From the NCBI GenBank assembly GCA_963920595.1, contig OY986950.1, positions 3,162,001 through 3,226,000 on the forward strand: a DNA stretch of 64,000 nucleotides, read 5' to 3'. Made by a program: the position numbers and the translations under genes. Below are positions 26,430 to 38,284 of this stretch, in pieces. The number at the start of each line of letters is the position of its first letter. Position 1 is the stretch's first letter. This DNA comes from Eimeria praecox (lineage: Eukaryota). The notes under the pieces were generated by a model. That model saw only the letters and a program-made list of their open reading frames with translations, searched no databases and had not been told where the DNA came from.

Positions 26430-26514
26430 GCAGCACCAACAGCAGCAACACCAACAGCAACAACACGGGTCGCAGTCTGTAGGGCAGCAAGGACAGCCGC
26501 AGCAACAGGCGCAG

Positions 26515-26555
<41 letters not shown>

Positions 26556-29426
26556 GCAACAGCAGCAGCAGCAGCAGCAGCACAAGCAGCAGCTGCATAC
26601 ACTCCAAGCCCGCCATCAAACGAGCCTTCCAGGGGGGAGTCGAGACATCAGCTCACGTCAGAGCACCTGCAGCACAGCCCAGCTGGAGACACTACCCCAC
26701 AACAGCAGCAGCAGCAACAGCAGCAGCAGCAAAAGAAGCAGCAGCAGCAGCAACACTAGGGCCTTTCGCTGTGGCACTTATCCTCCTCAGTGGGGATGTG
26801 GGGCCCCCGCGGAGGGCCCTTCTCCCCCTACCAGCCTTTGTGCGGGGGCCCTTCTTCCTGCTGCTGCTAGCCGCTGCTGTTTATTAAATAAATTGTCTCC
26901 TCCCTCCGATCTGCCTCCGCCCTTAGGGCCTCCCCCACCCCAAATACAGCACTCGACAGACCCAGCGGGGGCCCCTGCAGGGGCCCCTGCGGGGGCCCCC
27001 GCAGATGCTGCAGCGGTGCTGCCTCAGGATGCGTGTAACCTCAAAGTTGATTCTGTGTCTTCTGCATATCCTGCTGCTGCAGCAGCAACAGCAGGAACTA
27101 CTGCAGCAACAGCAGCAGCAGCAACACCAGAAGCAAATGCTGCAACATCAGTAGCAGCAGGGAGTCCTGCTGCAATAGCAGCAGCAGGAATAACTGCCGT
27201 ACCAGCAGCTACTTCTGATGCAGCAGCAGCAGCAGGAACTCCTGCAGCAGCAGCAGCAGGAACTTCTGCAACAGCAGCAGCAGCAGGAACTCCTGCAGCA
27301 GCAGCAGCAGCAGGAACTTCTGCTGCAATAGGAGGAGCAGCAGGAACTGCTGCTGCGACAGCAGGAACTACTGCAGCAGCACCAACAGCAGCAGCAGCAG
27401 CTGTTGCTGCTGCTGCTGCTGCAGTCCCTCGAGGGAACTGTCTCCTCGAGAGCCCAGCAATCATTGGGAGCCGCATCCTCAGGCGGCTACAAACCCTGAA
27501 TTCTATTTTACACTCTGAGGGCCTCCGTCAGGGGCTATCAGGGGCCCCCCTGGGGGCCCCTCCTCTCCAACAGGGTCCCTCTTCTGCTTCTTTGGGCCCC
27601 AAGAAGGTACAGAGGCCCCCCTCTAAACCCAACAGCTCCTGCAGTCAGGAGGAGACACCTCCTGGCTGCAGCGGCAGCAGCAGCAGCAGCAGCAGCGGCA
27701 GCAACAGCAGCAGCAGCAGCAGCAGCAGGAGTGAATATTCTGTGGGGTCTCGCTGCTGCAGCATAGCAGAACCGGGAATGGGCTTTCAGCCGGGGGCCGC
27801 CGCCGCCGCTGCAGCAGCAGCAGCAGCAACAGCAACAGCAGCAGCAGCAACAGCAAAAGCAGCCACAATAGCAGCTTCGGGGGCCCCTGATGCAGCTGAA
27901 CCCCCGGCAGACACCAACCCCAGAAGTTCTGCTGCTGCTGCTGCAGCAGCACCAGCAGCACCATCAGCACCACCGCCAGCAGCAGCAGAAACTGCAGAAG
28001 CAGCAGAAGCAGCAGCAGCAGCAGAAGCAGCAGCAGCAGCACAGCTGGATCCCTGCTGCAGCTACAGCTCGACCGATGGCTCCCCCATATTTATTGGAGT
28101 CCCCCGGTTGACTCTTGCAGAGCTTAACACTGGGGGGCCCCCCGAGGGGGCCCCCCGGAGGGCCCCTTCTTCAGGCTGCCTGTATTCGCGGGGGGCCCCG
28201 CACCCTCTGCAGCCGCAGCCATTAACAGACAAAGCCCCTCTCGAAGAACAGAGGAGGAAGACGAGAGATAGAGAAAGCACAAGAGACAGAAGATATAGAG
28301 ACAGAGAAACAGCAGCAAGCAGAGGAGATAGAGAAAGAGACAGACGAAGAGACAGCGCGCAACAAGGAGACAGGGGCTGCGTCTTAGAGGCGGCAGCAGC
28401 AGCCACCCCCCCCCAAGAAAGACAGCAGGGGCCCAGGGGGGCCCCTACGAAGTGCAGCAGCAACCAAACGAAGCCGTCAACAGATGCAGCAGCAGCAGCG
28501 CAGCTGCTGCTCTCAAGGGGGCCCCCCAGTGAGGCCCCCCAGACAGGGGGGCCCCCCCGTACCCTGACTCTCCTTGCTGCAGCAGGGATGCGCATGCATA
28601 GAAGCAGCCCAGAAGCCAAATATGCAGACGTACAACGAGCATGGGGGCCCCTTGAGGCAGCAGGGGCCCCCCTGCCCCCCACTCAGCAGCTTACACACTC
28701 ACCAGAAGCAGAGGCCTCCCCCCCCTCTCCAGGTGTCGCCTCCTTGGGGCCCCCAGAGGCAGCAACAGCAACAGCAGCAGCAGCAACAACAGCAGCAGCA
28801 GCTGTGGGGTTTCCTCTCCTTGAACCGTCAGGCAATAGAGAGAACAGCTCCTCTCGTGGTTTGTATCTCGGGGCCCCAGGGGGCCCCCCAAGGGCCTTCT
28901 CACAGCTGACAGAGGTAGGGGGGCCCCCACCCCCTATCTCTCCTGCTGCTGCTGCCCTTCGTCAGCTAGTAAACCCAGCTGTTCAAACCCAAGATAAGGT
29001 TCCTGAGGGGGCCCCTGCAGACACCACAGGGCCAGAGGGGCCCCCAGGGGGGCCCCCAGAGGGGCCCCCAGAGGGGCCCACAGCGGGCTCCCCCCCACCA
29101 AGAGGGCTCTGTAACTCCCGCAATCTTCAGTGTTTAAATGTGCAGTGGGCCCTCTGGACTGTCTCTTCAGAGGGGCCCCCGGGGCCCCCGGGGCCCCCGG
29201 GGGGCCCCCCTGAGGCGTTTCTTGGGGCCCCCGAGGGGCCCCTCGAAGGGCCCTTGGAGGACATGAGCAGCAGCAGCCTGCGTGGCTTTCCATCATTGAA
29301 GGAGGCAATCAGCAGCAGCAGCAGCAGCTGGGGACTGAAGATACACATGCTGCAGCTACAACAAAATAAAAGGAGACAGTTAGAAGGAGACAGCATACAT
29401 ACAAAACAGGGGGTCTTCGCCTGCGA
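24481..29426 (+). CDS. Large first exon (~1648 codons) of a low-complexity hypothetical protein rich in Q/A/S/G/P
   Basis: ATG-started 4.9 kb ORF with no recognisable domain. It ends at a GTAAGA donor (29427) that is phase-compatible with an exon at 29702-29831. Confidence 0.7.
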
Positions 29427-29487
29427 GTAAGATAATATATAAATATATATTTGCTCTTATTTTGTGTTTATTTCTATATACGAGTTT

Positions 29488-29621
29488 ATTTCTTCTTCTT
29501 CTTCTTCTTCTTCTTCTTCTTCTTCTTCTTCTTCTTCTTCTTCTTCTTCTTCTTCTTCTTCTTCTTCTTCTTCTTCTTCTTCTTCTTCTTCTTCTTCTAC
29601 TTCTTCTTCTTCTTCTTCTTC
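29488..29621. repeat. (TTC)n microsatellite, intronic
   Basis: More than 40 near-perfect TTC units. Confidence 0.95.
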
Positions 29622-29701
29622 TACTACTACTACAACTTCGTTTGTTATGTATTTATTATACAATTAGATAATTATGCTCTCTACTTATTCTCCTTCTCCA
29701 G

Positions 29702-29859
29702 GAAAACAAAGGAGCTGTCTCTGAATGTTTCGGGTGTATGTGCAGGGCCCCAGGCATACGTCTCCTCCTCCTCTCTGAAGGACTCACAGGGGGCCCCCGA
29801 TCAACGGGGGCCCCCCACGCCGAGGCAGCAGGTGAGTGACAACATGTTGCTGTTGTTGC

Positions 29860-29905
<46 letters not shown>

Positions 29906-29965
29906 ATGAGAGTGCCCAGTCGCTGCAGACGGGCTGAAGGTGCAGTGCCGCTTCTCTTCGACAGT

Positions 29966-30000
<35 letters not shown>

Positions 30001-31637
30001 GGATCTGCATGGGCGCGATAGAAGGGAGGGTGGGGCCCCTTACAGCAACAGGGGCCCCCATCAATCAGTAGGGGGGCCCCCCCTTCCCCCCTCCTCCCCC
30101 CCTTCCCCTTCTTTGTATGGATGAAGTAGATATTGTGTTTCTACAATTTATTGTCTTCTACAGTGTGGATGTTGGCTGAGTTAAGAGCTCGAAGAAGACC
30201 CCAAATAGCAGTGGAAGCTGCCATACAGAAAGTTAGCTGCACGAGTGGCTACTCTGTCTGTCTCTCTCTGTCTCTGTCTCTCTCTGTCTCTGTCTCTCTC
30301 TGTCTCGCTCTGTCTCTCTCTGTCTCTCTTTGTCTCTCTCTGTCCCTCTCTGTCTCTCTCTGTCTCTCTCTGTCTCTCTCTGTCTCTCTCTGTCTCTCTC
30401 TGTCTCTCTCTGTCTCTCTCTGTCTCTCTTTGTCTCTTTCTGTCTCTTTCTGTCTCTCTCTGTCTCTCTTTCTCTCTCTCTGTCTCTCTCTCTGTCTCTG
30501 TCTCTCTCTGTCTCTGTCTCTCTCTGTCTCTCTTTGTCTCTCTCTGTCTCGCTCTGTCTCTCTCTGTCTCTCTTTCTCTCTCTCTGTCTCTCTCTCTGTC
30601 TCTGTCTCTCTCTGTCTCTGTCTCTCTTTGTCTCTCTCTGTCTCGCTCTGTCTCTCTCTGTCTCTGTTTGTCTCTCTTTGTCTCTCTCTGTCTCTCTCTG
30701 TGTCTCTCTGTCTCTCTCTGTCTCTCTCTGTCTCTTTCTGTCTCTCTCTGTCTGTCTCTGTCTCTCTCTGTCTCCCCCTGTCTCTCTCTGTCTCTCTCTG
30801 TCTCTCTCTGTCTCCCTCTGTCTCCCTCTGTCCCTCTCTGTCTCTCTCTCTCTGTCTCTCTCTGTCTCTCTGTCCCTCTGTGTATGTGTGCCTGTCTGTC
30901 TGTCTGTCTCTGTCTGTCTCTTTCTCTCTGTCTGTCCCCTCTGTATTTTTTTCTATCTCTCTTCCTCTTGTTTGTACATTTGGTGGTGACGTGCTGCGAT
31001 TGAGTGTGTCTGTGTCTCTTTATATGCCTCTCTCTGCCTCTGTCTCTGTCTCTCTCTCTCTCTCTGTCTCTGTCTCTGTCTATCTCTGTCTCTGTCTTTC
31101 TCTGTCTCTGTCTGTCTCTGTCTCTGTCATGTTTGTTTTGGTCTCTGCGTCTCCATGGTTGTTTGTGTTTGTGTCTGTGTTTGTTTGTATTTGTGTTTAT
31201 TTATTTTTTTTGTATTTGTTTGTTCTTGATGCGAGTTATTATACGTTTTCTTCTGCTCCTTCTTGCGGCGTCTCGAGCCAGGCAGCAGCAGCAGCAACCG
31301 CAGCAGCAGCAACAGAAGCAGCCGCAGCAGCAGCAACAGAAGCAGCAGCAGCAGCAGCAAGGGAGAGAGACGGCTTGTGCTTCGGGCTGTGGCTGTACGT
31401 ACACTGCAGGTACTGAGGAAGCTGACACAAGAAGAAAGGAGACACGCAGCGGTGGCAGTAGCTCTGGTGTTGGGGGCCCCCCAGCCACCGGGGGCCCCTG
31501 GGATAGGGCAGCAGGGAGGCCCCCAGCAGGTGCAGCAAGAGGGGTCTTCCTGCTGCTGCTGCCGCATCTATCTGAAGCAGACAGGTTCTGTTAAAGCGCT
31601 GCTGCTGCCCCAAGTAGGTACAGTCTATAGCTGTGTG

Positions 31638-31719
<82 letters not shown>

Positions 31720-32299
31720 GAGGCCCCTCTATCCCTGGAGAGCTGCACACGCTGTCTCCTTGCTTCCTACAGGGTCTCCCTGCTGCTCCTCCGTCTCCTT
31801 CCCCCCAAGATACATCTTCTAGTAAGTTGGGGCCCCTTGCTGCAGCAGATAGAAAGGGAGAGACAGCGAGACAAACAGAACCCTCGGGGGCCCCTGCATG
31901 CTGCGGGAGACCAAGCCCGTCGCTCAAATGTGGGGTGTACGTACACTGCACAGAGACAGAAGACAGCGTGAAGATGATAGAAATTCCCCCTCATAATAAT
32001 AAACCTCTCTGCATCTGCATCGGTAATAACGCCTTCTGGAGTAGTGAGGAGTGTAAGGACTTTGTTTCTGTTTGCTGGGATGTACAAGACAAAGAAGAGC
32101 AGCAGGTTCGTCTTCTCCATCAATACACTCTCTATTTCTATCTATTATACTCTGTCTCCTTTGTACAGATTGACTGTCTGCCTCCCTCGCACCCTGCCGT
32201 GTTGCTGTTTATTCTGTCTCTCCTCAGATAATACACCAACCCATCACTAACGTTTCTTCAGGAGACACAGAGCCTGCAGCAGTTGCTATGCGTTTGTAG
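29702..32299 (+). CDS. Probable downstream exons of the 24481 hypothetical gene (structure only partly resolved)
   Basis: Candidate GT-AG exons 29702-29831, ~30163-30230 (WMLAELRARRRPQIAVEAAIQK), ~31282-31613, 31773-32105 and 32228-32299 (stop). The last three join in frame. The junctions between 29.8 and 31.3 kb could not be resolved. Confidence 0.45.
30252..31128. repeat. (TC)n / TGTCTCTCTC-type compound microsatellite, probably intronic
   Basis: About 870 bp of TCTG/TCTC units, including a 10-mer periodic block at 30351-30420. Confidence 0.95.
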
Positions 32300-32508
32300 A
32301 TGGTGGCTAGGGGGGCCCCTGGGGGGGCCCCCTTGGGCCCCAGGTATTGCTTGAATGTTTATTACAAGACATATTTATTCAGAGAGGAACTGTGTTGTCT
32401 TCTAAGGGCAGACGCGGGAACGAAAGATGTATTATAAGCCGCGTAGGCTTCCAATTTAACAACAGAAAAGTTTAGCGTATTTAAAAAACATTATATGATG
32501 TTAAAGAT

Positions 32509-32559
<51 letters not shown>

Positions 32560-32592
32560 TTCGACTCATCCTGTACAGAGTCGCCCCTCGAC

Positions 32593-32664
32593 GGTTCTAT
32601 GGTGTAGTGGTTAGCACTGCGGACTCTGAATCCGCCGACCTGGGTTCAAATCCCAGTAGGACCT
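32593..32664 (+). tRNA. tRNA-Gln(CTG): tRNA-Gln, anticodon CTG
   Basis: 72-nt cloverleaf GGTTCTATGGTGTAGTGGTTAGCAC...GCGGA-CT-CTG-AA-TCCGC...GGTTCAAATCC...AGGACCT, followed by an oligo-T Pol III terminator. Confidence 0.97.
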
Positions 32665-32935
32665 TTTTGTTGTATTGATATGAGCTACCAAATATATCAA
32701 CAAGGGTGTTTTCTACTCCCTTTAGAACCACCTCAATACCACTTTTCTTTCAAACACCCCACAACCCGTATACCTGCGGATTTGCGTGCACGCGTTCGAA
32801 CCCCGGCAGAATTTTTTTGCTTTTTCAAGATATGTAATATTGTGCTTGTGAGGGAAACATTTCACCAATTAAACAGGTTGTCTTTTCTTGTAATCCAAGA
32901 AAAACAATTAAAAATAAATAAGACAAATTAAAAGA

Positions 32936-33007
32936 AGGTCCTACTGGGATTTGAACCCAGGTCGGCGGATTCAGAGTCCGCAGTGCTAACCACTACACCA
33001 TAGAACC
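32936..33007 (-). tRNA. tRNA-Gln(CTG): tRNA-Gln, anticodon CTG (identical second copy)
   Basis: Exact reverse complement of 32593-32664, followed on the minus strand by TCTTTT. Confidence 0.97.
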
Positions 33008-33641
33008 GACAGCCTCGAAGGTGGCCCCACGAATGTAGGGAAGCCGTGCTCGTTTCTATTAATATCGTGTTTATCTTTTTAAAATAAGAATAAATATATT
33101 AAGTATATTTTTATAGGTTTTAACATGTAGTTTCTTCCACAACAATCGCAAACAATGAAACTAGAGAAAAATCTGTACAAGAGAGAGTCTGGTGACCTGG
33201 CGGTTCATAGCGCTGCAGGCAGCCATCTATCGTCCAGTGCAATCATCAGGTGTCATGACACCTCAAGAAGATAAGAAAGCTGATAAATACACATATTTTA
33301 GGTCCCTTAAAACTGTATAGATTATGATTGAACGGCCTCCTTGCAGTGGTAGTACTATGGGCTCTGAAGACCACTCACCTGGAGCGGTTTCCTTCTGTTG
33401 CTTGCGGCTGTACATCTGATGCTGATGCTGCTGCTGCTGCTGCAGGCTCAGGGGTTATCTCTGCATCTTTCATACACCTCGATAGCCCCCCTTGAAGCCC
33501 CCGTTGCTGTTGTATACACCACAGGTCCTGACGGTATTGTTAATCCGGTGTAGATACACCGGAAGCGACACCGAGCTACCTACAAAACCCTTCTTTGAAT
33601 ATATATCTTGTTGAGAGGCCCCCCCCACGTTGCTGTTCCTC

Positions 33642-33971
33642 ATGGTGTTCGGTCCCAGGGAGTCCTTCAAACAACACCTGCGGCCGCCCGGAGGGGATAG
33701 GGCGAGCACCACAGCTGCTTCTTCAACTATTTCGCTTAATAACAGCAGCTGTCTCGCTGCCTCCCGCCAAAGCAGCAAATGCAGCTCTCTAAGCTGTACA
33801 ACTAGCAGCACCAGCAGCAGCAGCAGCACCAGCAGCAACAAGACAGATTGCTTCTTCTTATCTTCTACGCTGCAAGGCAGCTTCCGAGCCACCAGATCGC
33901 AAGGACTCGTCCTCTCACGACAGCAACAGCAGCGGCAGCAGCTAATAGAAAAGGAGGAGGAGGAACAGCAG

Positions 33972-34006
<35 letters not shown>

Positions 34007-34192
34007 GCAGCAGACCCAGAAGCTTCAAGATACATCAACAAAGACTCGGGCTTTGCCTAATACAAACACCGAAAGCCAGCTGCGTTTATCTGTGCCTTAC
34101 AACAAGAGCAGCAGCAGATACAGAATTGAGGCTCTTGAATCTTTAGAGGAGGTGAAGACATCTTCTTCTGCTGCAGCAACATCTGCTGCTGC

Positions 34193-34225
<33 letters not shown>

Positions 34226-35120
34226 TGCAGCAGCAGGGAATACAACAGAACGTATTCGTTGCTGCTCTTCTCTCTTAACACAAGACACCATATCCTCCTT
34301 ATCTTCAACTATTCAAGGAACATTTAAAGCAACTAAATCTCAGGGGCTACGAAGACAGCCGTCTACAGAAACCTCTAACACCAGTCAAGGGGTCCAGTGG
34401 TCTGGTCACCTGAAGAAGTCTTCTACAGCAACAGCAGCAGCAGCAACAGCAACAGCAGCAGCAGTAGCAGCAGCAGAAACAGCAGCATCTTCGCTCCGTG
34501 ATAGGAAATTAGAGTTAACACAAACAGCAAACTCTGCTACTCGTGGCTGCAGCTCAACCCAACGCTCTACTGATCTCCGGTGTACAGGCAGCTCAGACAG
34601 AGGATGTAAAAGAAGCGAAGCAGCAGCAACAGCAGCAACAGCAGCAGCAGCAGCTGCTGCTGCTGCAGCTGCTGCGGAAGACCCGAACAGTCAGACAAGA
34701 GAATATCATAAGACTCACAGCACACGTAGACGCTCAGCAGAGCCTGAGGCCTTCGCCCCCCACAGCAGCAGCAGCAGCAGCAGCAGCAGAAACAACAAGA
34801 GCAACAGCAGCAGCAGTAACGACAAAAGTAGCAGCAGCAGCAACAACAAGAGCAGCAGCAGCAGCAACAACAAGAGCAGCAGCAGTAGCAGTAGTAGCAG
34901 CAGCAACAACAAGAGCAGCAGCAGTAGCAGTAGTAGCAGCAGCAACAACAAGAGCAGCAGCAGTAGCAGCAGCAACCGTAAGAGCAGCAGCAGCAGTAGC
35001 AGTAGCAGCAAGAGCAGCAGCAGCAGCAGGCAGCCCGCTGCTCGTTGCAGCAGCAAACACTTTTCGGCGGACTCCACGTTGTCGCTATCGCGCGACTGGG
35101 GAAGCAGCAGACTGTCTTAG
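33642..35120 (+). CDS. Ser/Ala/Gln-rich hypothetical protein (~492 aa) with an internally duplicated motif
   Basis: 1.5 kb ORF mixing non-repetitive segments with homopolymers. First ATG is at 33642. Additional exons are possible. Confidence 0.55.
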
Positions 35121-35219
35121 AGGCTCTTTCGGGTGTATATGCAGATCCGTTCATACAAACAATAACAAACCTTTCCTTATTTTGCTTATTCATCTACAAT
35201 TGTTAGCTTCAAGGCTATC

Positions 35220-35297
35220 TATATCTATATAGCTATGTATCTATATCTATATCTATATCTATATCTATATCTATATCTATATCTATCTATCTATCTA

Positions 35298-35354
<57 letters not shown>

Positions 35355-35593
35355 TACTTCTACTCTGTACTACTACACTCAGAGAGGCGAAATCAGAGCA
35401 CAGGACCCTATATATATCTATAGCTATATCTAGCTATCAATATATCTATATATATCTATATAGAGAGATATATAGATATATCTACCTACCTACCTATATC
35501 TATACCTATCTATCTGCCCATCTATCTATCTACCTGCCTATCTACCTATCTATCTCTCTATCTATATATCTATCCATATCTATCTATCTATCC

Positions 35594-35627
<34 letters not shown>

Positions 35628-35709
35628 ATATATATATATATATATATACCCTATCTGTCTATCTACCTGCCTATCTATATATCTATATCTATCTATATCT
35701 ATATATCTG

Positions 35710-35741
<32 letters not shown>

Positions 35742-35765
35742 GACAGATAGACATAGCTATATAGA
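35220..35765. repeat. Compound (TATATC)n/(CTAT)n/(AT)n microsatellite. Representative of many (AT)n tracts, e.g. 18188, 19396, 21945, 31640, 36113, 40345, 40978, 49406
   Basis: Read directly from the sequence. Confidence 0.92.
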
Positions 35766-36109
35766 TTTGCCTATACATCTATGGAGAGAAGCTGCCGAAC
35801 TGTAGGCTATATTAATCTCGAGGTAGGGTTTATGGTTTTAGGGTTTAGGGTTTAAGAGCGTTCAGTTATTTTCTGTGGGCGGGTGAATGGTCCACAGGTA
35901 AAATAGCAGGAAGAAACAAAAGTGGAGAGAGAACAGAAGCTCTCTGTCCTCTCAGTTTCAGGTGTCTTTACACCTCATCGTCTCGGTAAGCAACCAAAGA
36001 ACAGCAGTTCCTTGGCAGTCTATGATGGCCTCAGGCCCTAAACAACAACAAGAAGAGCAGGTTATATATTATACAGCAAATCAGACGGCAATAAACCCTC
36101 TCTCTTCAA

Positions 36110-36180
<71 letters not shown>

Positions 36181-36182
<2 letters not shown>

Positions 36183-36549
36183 AATACTTTTCCTCCTTCA
36201 ATCCATCCTTCAAATATATAAATCTAGGGGCAGTTTCTTCATCTTTGTAGTATGAATAAACCAAAGAAGCCTCAAAATCATTACTTTCGGACATATAGAA
36301 TTGGAAATCATCAAAGCTCCCAAGTATCTTCTTAACAAGTGCAGCAGATTCAGTTTTGAAACCCTCAACACGTGAGGGATTATTCTCTTGTAAATAATCT
36401 ACAACACGCTTTAAATAACCCTTTATATATGTTGTAAAATCTTTCTTTGTTAATGTTGTCTCACTAAGATGAAACGCATTCACGATATCTATCACCGTCT
36501 CAGCTGCATCTTCTACACCACCTTCACCTTCCTCACTGCAGCAAAACAA

Positions 36550-36622
<73 letters not shown>

Positions 36623-36742
36623 TATATATATATAATAAACAAGAAAGGATTTAGAGAGCATATACAACAAAACAAACAACAAGAAGAGCTACCCTGACAG
36701 CTTTCTACCTCCCCCTGAAACCCCTAGGATGTGTCAAAACAA

Positions 36743-36782
<40 letters not shown>

Positions 36783-36896
36783 TACAAAACGAACCTGTTG
36801 TCGGCTATACCGAAATCCTCAGCCGCCTTAGTTACACGACTTCCCTTAACCTCGAAGGCAACTGCAAGAAAAAAAGCAGAACAACAAAATATATGA

Positions 36897-36955
<59 letters not shown>

Positions 36956-37388
36956 AACACGTAGGAAGGCGAAACAGCGGAATGTGAACAGCCTCAACGA
37001 GTGGAAGAAAACAACGAAAAACAAAACACAGATGTATTTAACACAAACATAAATACTAAAAATATAATATAATATACAATACAATATTTATTCGCTGTTT
37101 ATAGGCAGACCAAAGCAACAACTCTCACAGCTGCCTGCCGCTCTCCCCCCCGGAGAGAACCTGCAATGGCTGTGGCGATTGCCTCTCTTCGGGAATCATA
37201 TACTCATGAATAAATCGTATTTTAAATATTAGAATATGTAAAAACCACAAAAAAAGTATTAAATTGAGGGAAATAGAAATAGATAAGAATGTACCATCCT
37301 TGAATGCTTCATCCCCGAAAGGCACAAGATGGGGGTAGGAATCTGAGCAGAGCTCATCCCCAGAGAAGACGCACTTGTAAACCTTCAT
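36181..37388 (-). CDS. TCTP: Translationally controlled tumour protein / histamine-releasing factor, 3 exons, 171 aa
   Basis: Exons 37388-37295, 36861-36795, 36535-36181 splice to MKVYKCVFSGDELCSDSY...VAFEVKG...TVIDIVNAFHL...KKDFTTYIKGYLK...FDDFQFYMSES...PRFIYLKDGLKEEKY, which has typical TCTP termini and length. Confidence 0.96.
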
Positions 37389-38284
37389 CTTATCTATTTC
37401 CTACCCTTCAAACTAAGAAAAGATAATGAAAAAAGGATGTTTAGATATCCTACAGAGCCGCAACAATAAATAACCCCGGTGTGGGGGGGGCTGTTGTTGT
37501 TTTCGCTGTGGCTGTTCATATAAAACCAGCCCCGTGCGAAATTCATGTTCGTATGTGCGTGTCTATCGTTCCTCCTTTTACGATTTTCGAAATTATTTGA
37601 TAGTTTTCATGATTAAAAAAAACAGACAGTTAATTTATATTTATTTTAAAATAATTATCAAACGAAGATACCCTATCTGAAACGCCAGTTTCTATGCAAA
37701 CAGCAATCGCTGGCGAGCGGGGCCCGTCTGAAGCTACTTGCGAAACGTGGATATTTGTGTCTGAAGGATTCTGTTTAAAATGATTTAATTCAAATTATTT
37801 GTTTAATTATGTCTATTCAAGTATTAGTTTGAATAGACTTCTGTCTGTGGGACGGCGAGTAGCAGCCAGACCTGGTTGGGAAGGCGTGTGCATGTGCATC
37901 ATCAAGAGCATGCATGATAAGGCAAGATAAGTACATATTTAATTTTTCTGAATTCGAAGACACTATAATATACTTTTCCTATTTATTTTAATCTTTACTT
38001 TCTCGTAAGTCCTTGCTGGTTCCGTATGCTACAGATACACCAGCCACGAACCGCATCGGCTAGTGGAGTTCATACTTGAACTCGGTACTAGATGTTTGGG
38101 AAGCACTTGCTTTTCGGGTTTTTATGTTTTTACGAGTGTAGAATGATATTTTTTATTGAATAAAAACGTATGTAGTGCTTATTTTTCATGAGATCGGTGG
38201 TTTTTATCCCTGTTTCTTCTGAACTTGAACGTATGTGTGTGCCATGTTTCGCCGTGCTTCCGTTCGTGTTTGTATGTGCAGAAG
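37389..38284. promoter_or_regulatory. Putative bidirectional promoter / 5' UTR region between divergent TCTP and SerRS
   Basis: The start codons are 896 bp apart, head-to-head. The interval is repeat-poor and has TGCATG-type elements near 37889-37916. Confidence 0.5.

Noticed and set aside
30133..31416. 427-aa LSLSVS ORF
   Set aside because: Mostly a translated (TC)n microsatellite. Only the ~30163-30230 part looks like an exon.
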